Assembly (NCBI GenBank): GCA_002269645.1
Contig: NIVC01001817.1
Location: 124,001 to 188,000, forward strand
DNA: 64,000 bases
Reading direction: 5' to 3'
Source of the DNA: Macrostomum lignano
Lineage: Eukaryota
Shown here: positions 37,241 to 48,988 of the stretch, in pieces
Position numbering within the stretch: position 1 is the stretch's first letter
How the letters are laid out: each line of letters begins with the position of its first letter
Notes under the pieces: generated by a model
What the model was told of the DNA's origin: nothing
The model's database searches: none
The model's input: the letters and a program-made list of their open reading frames with translations, nothing else
Made by a program: the position numbers and the translations under genes

Positions 37241-40200
37241 TTTATTAATCAGATATTAAATTATTTATTGCTGATCAAGGAACACAAGTTAGTTTTGGAA
37301 TCAAGCATGAAAGGAAATAAATTGCATAAAATATAACTCTAACTGTTAGTATTAATTAACAAAAAATTATACTAGCCTATCATTATTATAATGACAATTA
37401 AACAAATCTACACTTTTATACAATTTAGTCCTTAAAGAATTATCTTTCATAAAACAATACTCCTAAAATTCTATTTGTAAATATAGCCACTTATATCACT
37501 TACCTTTAGCTTAATTAAATATATGTATATTATATATATATATATTTAAGATTGGAAAATTGCAATTATCTATAAAAAATACTAAGTGCAACTTGTAAGA
37601 CTAAAAGACCTTCAAGTAAAAGGCATTAAATTTAAATCAATTCTAAAATCCTAGTTATAATAGCAACAATTATTAATTTTAATTTTTTAAAAATTGCAAG
37701 TTTGATAAAATAGCTTGCTAATAATAGCCTACTAATACAAAAGTAAGTTAAAAAAGAAGTTTTTATTTCAAAAATACAACTGTTTAACTTACTACAAAAA
37801 CCTAGCTATCCTTTACCACTTTGCCATACTGGTCTACTCCAAGTTACTTAAAATATAAAAAATAACAGGAAAATATACTAACCATATTATGCTTTTAGGC
37901 CTATAGCTATATAATATTTAAAGAAATATCCAATGCAAATAGTCTAAATATGTTATCATAGTCAAAATTAAAATAATATTGTAGTAGGCTTAGAGACTTG
38001 AGAGTGTATTTTGCCCCTAGGTAGGCTAGTCTATATATTAGATATCCTATATGCAATCTAGACTCTAAGTAAGGGTATATCATTAGCTTTTCTTTTTAGC
38101 ATAGGATAAACTAACTTATCCTTAGTAGGATCTATATGTTTGGGAGCTAAGGGAAACAGGGAAAAGGTTTTATATTGCATTAACCATAAACTCTTAGACT
38201 AGGCCTATTAAGCTATAGAACTAAAAACATTGTACAAAATAAAAATTTTGTAAATTTAATAATTACTTTATAAGCCTTTAATAATAAACAAAAATAATTA
38301 TTTCAAAACAACTTTGAATGAATAATAAATTACTAGTCTAGGCCTAGGCCTATAAAAAATCTAGCCCATGGCCTGGGATAGCCAAAATAGTTTAACAAAC
38401 CATTATAAAAGGATAGGAGGCCTAGCTGCAACTGCAAGTTGAAGTTTGTCTATGTTATTATTTATATTCGATATATATCAAGTCACGTTATTAAAATAAT
38501 AAAAAGCTCAAATATTAAATAGGCAATAGAGTAAAGGTGTTAATAGAGCTAGGCCTACTCTTACCTAAGCCTAGCTAGAAATTTTTGGCTTAGGCCTAGC
38601 CTACCTAGGCCTATTTTATGGTAATACTAACAGTCCACTTCAGTAGCAAGTGGGAATAATATTTAATATGTATTAATTGATATGCTCTGAAAGGATGTGT
38701 AAACAAACTTTAAAGAAAGAACAACAAAACACATGCATATCTACATGTGTTTAACTTGTTTAAAAGTGTTTTAACTAATCTATTTTAATTTCTAGATGAG
38801 TCAGATACATGCACCCAAGACATCCTGTAATTGACCAAATATCAATTTGTGTACCATATACATTAGAATCTTTGATCTAGTTAGTAAAAAGCAACTTAAA
38901 ATTACAGAATCTACTTTTTTCTTCATTAATTATTTTATTTTTTTAATTTCAATGTATATATACAAGCTTACTTTGCTTAATTTTCTTTGGCTTTAAATTT
39001 TTACAAAGTTAATGCACAAGTTTAAACAAAGTATAATACAGTTTAACTAGAAATACTATCCTCCTATCATATATGATATTATAGGGTCTAATATATAGTA
39101 GCAGGTAGGCCCTAATCCAAGTATATATTTGAGTTGTAGAATCTAATAGACTGGTGATATGCCCTATACTAATACAAGTAGTTGAAGATGCATATATATT
39201 TTTGCCACCAGTGAATAGGCTTCTTTTTAAGATGTGGGTCTTCATCATACTACTTGTTAAACCTAGTTTTGTACCGATGAAAAAGAACTTTGAGAAGCTC
39301 AAGAAAAATATAAATATCTATTTCTCCCATTTTATCTCTTTGTCTGTTCTGTTTCTCTCCTCTATAATCTCTTTCTAGTCTCCCCCTCTCCTCTCACTTC
39401 TCTCTTGTCTTATCTCTTATCTCCTCTTCTCTTCTCCCTCTATTCACTTTCATTTCCTCTCATTTGGGCTGTAGCCATGAGCTAGATTCTTCTCTAATAA
39501 TCCTTTGAAGTCTACCTAAGTCTGCCTAAAGTCTACAGATTGTAACAGGGTTATACCCAATGATGATTTGGTGCAAGATCCTCTTAGCAATTAGCATCAA
39601 CTTAAGTGCTTAGAAAGTCAGGCCAGTTTTGTGGGACATAATACTTGTACTCTCAATTAGATAGTATAGTAAACTGGCATAAGATACCCCAAGCCTTTTC
39701 TCCAATGGGGTTGCTAAAAAAGCTATAAATAAAATCATTCCAAAACACTGTGCATAGCTACTTCATAAGCCATATCTCACCTTTTGGTCTAGGAAAGGGA
39801 TTATACACACAGTGACTTGGAGCTTGCCCCGCCAAACTTTGTACTAGGCTTACAGTTCAAATGTGCAGTTAAAGAGCTAAATTTAATGCTAAGTTCTAAT
39901 CACGTGACTCCCATTTATTGATCTAATTTTCTTTGGTCTGTGCACAAAGCAAATGAAGCTCTATTAAAACCCTCTGGCCCCTGCCTTCATGCCATGGCCC
40001 CTACTTAGAAGGGACAAGAGTGTACATTGTATTTACAATTATTCCTTGCTTTCCTTTCTAATCAACTTAACTTAGCCCAATGCCAAAGCCATGCAAGCAA
40101 TTGCATTGCATGCAAATGAAAATTATGCAAAGTGGTATGCAGCTTAATCTGATGAATTTTGGTGCAAAAAATGTGTTTTTACCTAAGAAAAACATTGAAT

Positions 40201-42402
40201 GGTTATGAAACTCAAGAAATTTGTTAAATTAACTGTCTAGAATACCTTGCATTGGTTTCAGTGCAAAATTTCTACTATTTACCAGTTATTTAGCCCCTGG
40301 AAGTACTCATAACAAAAGAGTCACAAATCAAGTTTTCAGTTTATTATTGATAGTTTTTTACCCAATGAACCAAATCTCTAGAAACTGCACACAAGTATGC
40401 CTCATTATGTGGGAAATCAGGCATTATAGATAAAAATAATGTCATCCGATTGTCTTTTTCCAATCATTTTTGACATATGAGCACTTGTTGCAGACACTCA
40501 AAAACTTGGTTAATTTTAGCCAGATTATAGTACAACCCATTGCAGTGTCTGCCTTTGATCTGTTATTCTTTTAAAGTTTTAATCATCCTTTTTCAGGCAT
40601 CTAATCAGCCAAAAATCACTAATCATTGATTTCTGATTGATTTTTCAACCTGAAAGCAGCAAAATCAGATGGCAACATTTTAAACTAATGTAGTAAAGCA
40701 ACTATGCTATAGAAATTTGAAATCAGATTATACGCACCATGTTCTCAAAATTATAATGAGCAATAATATGAAAGTTATGATTTTTTGAAGAATCAATTTT
40801 TGTCAATTTTCTCAGCACTGCAGAATCATAGGAAAGCTAAACTTTTGACACTTGTAGATTTTGCATTTTGCATCCAACTGCACCGCTTTAAAGCCCAAAC
40901 TCATAAAGCTTTGTAGGAAAGTGGCAAAATAATAAAATGAGAGCATTTTTATCCAAAAAAACCACAAAAACTGCATAAAGATGCCAAAATAAATCAAAGC
41001 ACTATATACCATTTTGTAGGAAATTTAATTTGACAACTTTGATCTTCAGATGATGAAGCCATATCTTGTAAGATGTACCAGAATTTTGAGATCTCTGGGA
41101 AGCACTTTTGAAAAAACCGTCTTTCCAATTAATTTATGGCTCAGTTAAAAATCCCTGCACTTAAAAGTACATTCATTTGATAGATCTAAAAGTTTTCTAT
41201 CAATTGACAGCTCAATCAACTCAATTTGTGCAGTGGTTGCAAAACAGGAGCACTTTTTTGGCAAAAAAACATGAAATTTCAAAATGCATTGCAGTCTAAC
41301 TTATATACTTGTAAATACTTTCTAAATTATTAAAAAATAAATACTAAAATTAAAAGTTTTATATTATTTACTTGCCCTTGGCCCCTAATCTTCTAATGGG
41401 GCCTTGGGTTCTCTTGCTCTCGCCAGACGACGCCTTTGGTAGGCTTACTATTACTAGGCTTAGCTAGGCTTAGCTAGCGGCTATCGCCCTAGCTAGCACC
41501 CTGACCTAGGTACCAGACTAGAATAGCGGATTAGGCCTAGCGGCCCTAGCCTAAGTGATATTGATAATAGGAGGATGATAGTGATAAGTCTATGACAATA
41601 ATGACAGGTACCAGTACGCCTAGCAGCAGCAGTTGCCGTAGCAGTAAAACAGAGGTATTTACATTCTAAATCATATCAGTTGATACACGCGCTGTTTGCC
41701 AAGTGTTTACTAGTCGTAGGCCTACATCATGCACGGCATTGCACGCCAATCCAAATCATGAAAGTATAAATTGTTCGTAGCTAGATGTCGTGTAAAAACT
41801 ATACGCAACACTGTTTGTAACATAAAAGCATATGATACATTGTTGCTTAGTTAAATCAGTTATAATAGTTGTAAAATTTATTATTAGAACTTAAGGATTC
41901 AAGGTCATATATATATTGTTTTAATAGTATCGTTTTTTATAAAACGAGGGAACTTTCAAATTAGGTGTTTTATATTTTTTTTCCGGGCATGGAAATGGAA
42001 AACTTCAAAAAACTTTCTAAATTACATTGACTTATATAAGCCAAACAGGCTTCTCGAATGAGGCAAACTCTTACTACTTCTACTAGGCCCCTAATGTATA
42101 TAATGTTCAATAATTTTACTTTAGTAATAACAATAATAATATGCAAAGTTGACAAAATCTGCTGTATAGGTCATAGACTCATAGACTCATAGACATAGGC
42201 CTAGCTTTTTTACACTGCCGAAGTTAAGGCAAATCAAATAGAATAGGCCCCTAACTTTTTAGGAACGAAGGAGCAAAAAAAGTTGCAACAGTATACCAAT
42301 GCGTTAGGCTTATTATTTATATAGATAATTAGGGCCTATCCCTATATCTATTTTGTTGTAAGAGAATATGATTAAGTGAGGTCTTTGGGGGGTACAGGTC
42401 AA

Positions 42403-45044
42403 GGTTTCCATGCATTTCGGTGCCCATGCTTTTCAGTGCCAGGCATTTCGGTGCCCCAGTTTGCTTTTCAGTGCCAAACTTGAAATATGACACCAAATCA
42501 GTAATTGATAAGTTATATTAAGATATACCCACTATGAAAAACAATGTCAAAACGACGTTGTTTTGCGATGTCATTTCGACGTTGTGGTTTGTCCCCGCCC
42601 TACTACATCGTTTCAACATTGTATTTATATCATTTCAACGTCGTATGTATGTCATTTCAACATTGTATGTACGTCGTTTTTACATCGTATGTATGTCGCA
42701 ATGTTGTATTGATGTCATATTCATTTTCATGTAGTTTTTGCGGCCCTAGCATGTCGTAAAATGCAATTTAATCTATCTGCTGCTGATTGATAATGTCTTG
42801 CTAAAAATTTCTAAGCCATAAAAACTATCATATACAAATAGAATAGCTTAAAATGATTCTTTGCTAGATGGTAAATGTACTATTGGTTCAATTTTACTCG
42901 AGCTCTAGTATAAAATAACAGACAAGTGCACAGAATGAATCACACAGATCATACAGACATACCATTTTGTGCCAGTACACTATAGCTTGTTATAGAAAAA
43001 CCAGTAAATTCAATTATTGTGCAAGTTACAAATATTGAAAGGAGTAAAGGGATGTGGGGAGACTAGGGTGAGATAAGAGGTTAAACTGGGGTGAGATACA
43101 GGTTAGACTGGGGTAAGATTATGTAAGACAAACTATTTTTAGTATATGGACAATATAATCACGTGTTTTAATATAATGGCACACAAGGTAACAGCAGAAG
43201 ATGAATTACAAAAAAGTATAATTTGTATTATTATTCTGTAAACTACGAGCTTTTTGGTAACAGTGACAGTGATAACAGTCAACTAACTGCATAAAAAATT
43301 GAAGCATAGATAACAGGGCTCAATGAGCTATAGCAAGCATTATAGATGAACTGTGAAAACATTGCACTGCAAAATAAAGAGGAAAACTTCTTTGAAAAAG
43401 AAGAAAAATCAAATTCGATAACAGCAAACAGCAAGATCGACCAAAAAGCAAAATGAGGCACCAAAATGCCTGGCACCAAAAAGCACAGGCACCAAAAAGC
43501 GTGGATACCCAGGTCAAAAGGGCAACAGATAAAAAAGGCAACAGTCAAAAGGGGCAAGGGTGACAATCAATACATGTGTTGGAATTACAAGTTCATAGGC
43601 CTAATGCATTAGACTTATAGTTATTTTGTTAATACTAATAGGCCTATTCTACATCTGAAATTCAACAGTCCCTTTTTATTGCCAAAATTTAAAGCAATGG
43701 GTACATGTATACATGTGAGCTTAACATTAGGTCTAGGTCTAATTTATAGGGCCTGGACATAGTGGATGTGCCTTGCACAGCCTATGAATATAGGGCCAAA
43801 TATAACAATTCAGTGAATGCAGCATTGTCCAACTGGTTTTTATGCATTTTGATTTCAATACCCATGTTTTTCAGTGCCTAGCATTTTGGTATCCTAGACC
43901 AGATTGCTTTTTGGTACCCTAGTTTATGACAGCAAAATAATAATAAAATGCAATCTTATAGCAAATATAATAAAAACTTTACAAAACATTTATGATTTCT
44001 AATGTCAATGAAGACAGTATCCATTTTGTTAAACTAGGCCTAGAATGATTCCTAAATTTTGAAAAATCTAGTGAATTTAATTGCATGTATTTGCTATATC
44101 TTGTATTATAGGCCTATTACAATTGCAAGGCTCAACTTAGCATGTATGCTAAGAATAGTTATTTAGGAAAAATATAATTTATCAACAATGCTAGGCCCTA
44201 AAAATAGGGTATCCACCCTTTTCAGTGCCCGTGCTTTTCGGTGCCCATCATTTCAGTTTCGGTGCCCAAATTATACATTAGAATTGGACACAAAATATAG
44301 AAATTGAGCTCTAATTCAGCAGTAAGTGCTTTGTCTTTGCGGTACTTATTTACTTTAAAAAATAAGGTATTATTCATTTAGTTAAGCTGACCTGCTGTTT
44401 TAATGAATTCAAAAAATGGTTTTCAATTAGGCCTACTCTATTAGATTTACTTCCATGTCGCTATAGCTGCGCGTCTCAGCTACATCAAAATTTTAAACTA
44501 ATGCCCCAAATGCGCTTGTAATAAAATCTTATAGATTATGGTCCAATAGTTATGCCCAAAAAGATTTCAGTTCATTAAATAATACTTGCTTTATTTCCTA
44601 GGCAGTTTTATGAAATAAAACATGATTAGATGATACAAAAAATCAATACTAACTAAAATACATATAGACTTGTCACATTTCATAATTTCGATCAAAACTA
44701 TATGTAGCATTGTTGATGGATTTTAAGTTTCCTAACTAAGTCTTCATAGCACTAGCACGCTTGCTGAGTGCAGCCAGCTTATATTGTGTATACAGGATAC
44801 AGCAAATGTATGCAATTAAATTGAACGGATTTTTCCAATTTAAAGAAATGTGCCAGTTTAACAAAATTAATACTGCTTTTATTAAAAATATCAAACATTT
44901 TGTAAAGTTTTTATTATATTTGTTATAGGATTTCTTTTTTATTATCATCATTTTGGCGTAATATAAACTAGGGCATTGAAAGGCAATCTAGGGCACTGAA
45001 ATGCCAGGCACCAAAAAGCACAGGAACCGAAATGCATGGAAACC
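42403..45044. mobile_element. Old non-autonomous TIR element or nested remnants
   Basis: Inverted ends GGTTTCCATGCATTTCGGT / ACCGAAATGCATGGAAACC; internal GGCACC(A/G)AAA motif clusters; no clear TSD. Confidence 0.6.
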
Positions 45045-46025
45045 AAATATAGTTTTGATTTGAAATTATGAACAAGTGTTGTGACAAATCTATTTTAATA
45101 TTGATCCTGTTTTATTTCTTGAGAAATCAAATCAAAAGAAATTCAAATGAAATAAAAACATTTTTTAATTAAAACATCAAGTCAACTTAACAAAATGAAT
45201 AATACCTTAGTTTTTTTAACAAATAAGTACTACAAAGCACTTAGGCCCTAATGCTAAATTAGGGCTCATTTTCTATATTTTAATGTTAATTCTAATTAAT
45301 ATAGCCTACTTTAGCCTAGGCATAAAAAAACAAACTGGGGCACCAAAATGCAGGCACCAAAAAGTGTAAATACTGTCCAAGCATTCTGAGTCAATAAGCA
45401 ATTTAGATGATTTAGTTGTTTTTTCATAACCTATATATGACAATCTTAAATGAGTCATATAATGACTTTGGCTAGAGCCTTAAAGCTGTATGAATAGCAT
45501 TGTGTCTATAACTACTCCATTCTTATTAGTGTATATTTATTAAAATATGCATAGTTAAAATGTGTAATTAAGATAGTTTGTATATTTTAAAAATCAAAAT
45601 GTATGAGTTATTCATTTTAAGGAAATCAAATGTAGCTTTAAAAAATAGGCCTATGTCCTACTATTCAGTATTCATTATTCAGCAAGTTGGTAAAATCTGA
45701 TATTCCTTCTATCTCTACTAATAGATATCTTAATGATTGAGACAGGAGTAAGCCTAGTGCCTAGGCCCTATAAATTTTCAACTTTTGCACTCTTGTCATT
45801 TTTTATAATCTTTATAATCTAATTTATCATAATTGTATACATAGTTGTTTAATTGTCTAATCCCTATTGCAATATTGGAATCAAATCACTAAAAACTTAT
45901 AGGCATCACGCTATAAATTATTTCAAAGGGCTATATCTACATAGCCATATTAGAATAAGTGGCTTGGACACTCCTATGCAAGACAAAAAAGAATAAACTT
46001 ACTTATGTGCATGCATATACAACTA

Positions 46026-46614
46026 GGTAAATGGTAGAAATAACTCTGATAGTCTTATTAAGGCTAAATGTCTCATCATTTAGTTAGTACTATTTTTATA
46101 TTCTTTTTGGTTAGGCATTTTTGCAATTTATCCCTAGTCTATCACAATTTATAGTGCCTATATTGGTCAGATCAACTAGCAGTTATGTATATGTATTGAT
46201 AATGAAGATCTTGTCTAACCTTTATGCCTATTGACAATTGCCAAAAGTTATGATTTTCTAAAGAAATAGTTGAATATGCAAAACTAATTTTACTATTTTG
46301 TCATTTTTGTTAATGCAAGTATTTTCATTTTTTGGGTTGTTTTTTTTCAATATTAAATAATTCAATTTTTGAATTTACCTTGATTAGACCTTTTGCCACC
46401 TAGCCAAGTAGGCTAGGTTTGGGTGTTAGGTGTGTTTATATATAAGTATAAATATAGGTAGCAACCATATATATGCAATACCTGGCTGATCTAGCTAGCT
46501 AGTGAGAGTAAAGTTAAGTTGCAAAAATGCCTACTTATAAATAGACAAAGTACTAATTAGATGACAAAGCATTTAGTTTTAATAATATAGTAATAGTGAC
46601 TAATGTCATTTATC
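46026..46614. mobile_element. Foldback-like element whose inverted arms begin with the 28S-like 62-mer
   Basis: Forward copy 46026-46087 and reverse copy 46553-46614; the inverted match continues inward (TAGGCATTTTTGCAA / TTGCAAAAATGCCTA). Confidence 0.65.
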
Positions 46615-46982
46615 CAAAATTATATTATTGCAAAGTTTTTTCATAGGTAAGTTACATTTTTGGTCAAAAAATAAATCACATGGTTATTATAAATCAGTAT
46701 AAATCAATAATATAAATCAATTTGTCAATAGACATAAATATAAAAAATTGTTTAGAAATAAGAGAATTTGTTTATAGGCCTACTTAAATGCTAAAGTCTA
46801 GTCTAGTAATCTAGTCTAGTAATGATACTAGTTTAGCAATATTGGTCACTTAGTTTAGCTTATTTAGAATTGGTTCATGCGATTTTATATATAAGGCCTC
46901 AAGCACTTTTAGTCTATACTCATTTGTACTCAAAAGTGCTTGAGGCCCTGTACATAAAATCACGTAAACAAATTCTAAATAA

Positions 46983-47768
46983 GGCTCATTCCATATAAGC
47001 ATGGTTGTAACATGACAGGCTATTTTTACTTATAAAATGAAATATAATAATAGAATATACTAAACCAATATTTTAAATGAAAGATAATTTTGTCAAAAAT
47101 ATTTTTATAGTTTCATGTAGATATCATCATTAGTATAGATGCTATTAAACCTTGAATGGCACTTATGGTCGTAACAACAGGATTTTTGACATATAGAAAC
47201 TAAAAGGTAAAAGTCTTATAACATTTTTATTTTTGATATTTTGCAATACATTTTTTAAAATTTGACTAAGAACATCTTTAGTAATCATACTCTTTTTGTA
47301 GAATATATAAACTCAAAAAGGCAACAAAGATACAAAAGAAAAGGCAGCCTTATGGTCGTAACATTATGGTTGTAACATATTTTTTTTCTGTCAATTCAGT
47401 AACTTTGAGGTACCAATATATTAAAAATATAATAGATTATTTGGTCACCAATACTTTTATCTGATGATGCAAGTACTATACTTTTATCTATAGTTTGTTT
47501 CAACCTTCCAAAGCTTTCTATTTGTTTTTAAAAGGTACACAAACTTAATGATGTCTTTTGCTTAGAAAAATGTCTAAATTTTTACAAAAATGACTTTTTG
47601 CCACTTGATAGCATACTAATCTAACATTTTATCATTCATTTATTCTTAGATTGTAGATATTACACATAAAAAACATTTGGTAAAAAAATTGGCTGATAAG
47701 GCAATGGCAAGCAAAAATATTGACTTTTTTCTATTTTCCAAAAATGTCCATCTTATATGGAATGAGCC
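46983..47768. mobile_element. Probable MITE with 17-bp TIR GGCTCATTCCATATAAG
   Basis: Perfect inverted 17-mers at 46983-46999 and 47752-47768; TSD ambiguous. Confidence 0.65.
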
Positions 47769-47829
47769 ATAAGCAACTTTCCAATCATGGTTCTAGTGCC
47801 CTATGTGTATTCTAGGTATATACTTGTGC

Positions 47830-47844
47830 TTCTCTCTCTCTTTC

Positions 47845-47932
<88 letters not shown>

Positions 47933-47937
47933 TTCTC

Positions 47938-48015
<78 letters not shown>

Positions 48016-48020
48016 TTCTC
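47830..48020. repeat. (CT)n microsatellite
   Basis: Read directly from the sequence. Confidence 0.97.
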
Positions 48021-48377
48021 TTTATCTTTCCCCCTCATTGCAACTCAGTGAGTTCTCTGTTGGACTATGCAATCTATTGTTAATTTATATACAATTTCTG
48101 ACTTTTATTGACCCATTCTTGTCTAAATTGCTAAATATAAGTAAATAAACAAATAAATTATAACTAAATTTTAAAAGCATGAGGATGCCTGATGCAAGGC
48201 AAAATATGTTGCATAACAAAAAATGATAGCGCTCACATTTTTAATTTTGCTTATCATCAGACTTGCAAGTTGCAACTTTACTACAAAAATATTAGCTATT
48301 GAAGTACTAATAGACATAGGCAATAACATAATAGGTACAAGTTAAAAATGCATTTCTATTATCTATTATTAATTTTA

Positions 48378-48439
48378 GGTAAACGGTAGGAGTAACTATG
48401 ACTATAGTATTAGTGCTTAATGCCTCATCATCTAATTAT
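48378..48439 (+). repeat. Solo 28S-like 62-mer
   Basis: GGTAAACGGTAGGAGTAACTATGACT...AATGCCTCATCATCTAATTA. Confidence 0.85.
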
Positions 48440-48988
48440 TACTTATTAGACAGTTAAAATGTCTTTTAAGTTTGAATTTTTGTGACCTACCTTGGCCAGA
48501 CCTCTTACTCTCCATGTGACCCAATTGGAGGGTCAGCCAGGTGTTGGGCATGTATTTTCTGATAGTCTCTTTGCTACAGAGAATCTTTGGTAGCCTGTTG
48601 ATTACAAAAAAATTCTACAACCAAGTTTACTATTAGACTAGCTTTAAGACCCTAGCCATTAGAAAGATAGTTGTATACAAAATTTAAATAGTTATATCCA
48701 TGCTGCTATGTATACTGCTGGAAGTAGTCTCTAGACACACCAGTACTATGATTCATTTTATCCCCACCATCCAATCCTAGACTGCTTTATAATTTTTTTC
48801 AACAGCTAACCAATAGAAAAGCCAGCTTAGCTCATTCTTTGATAAAAAAGAATGTACAGTTTGTCAGTATAAAGTGTACACGCTGTCATCTATGTATATG
48901 CTTAACTCCGTTTCACTCATTCAGAGATTTCAATCTCAACCATCGTCCCAAACGATACAACAAAATTGTTCTATATCCTATTTGTACA

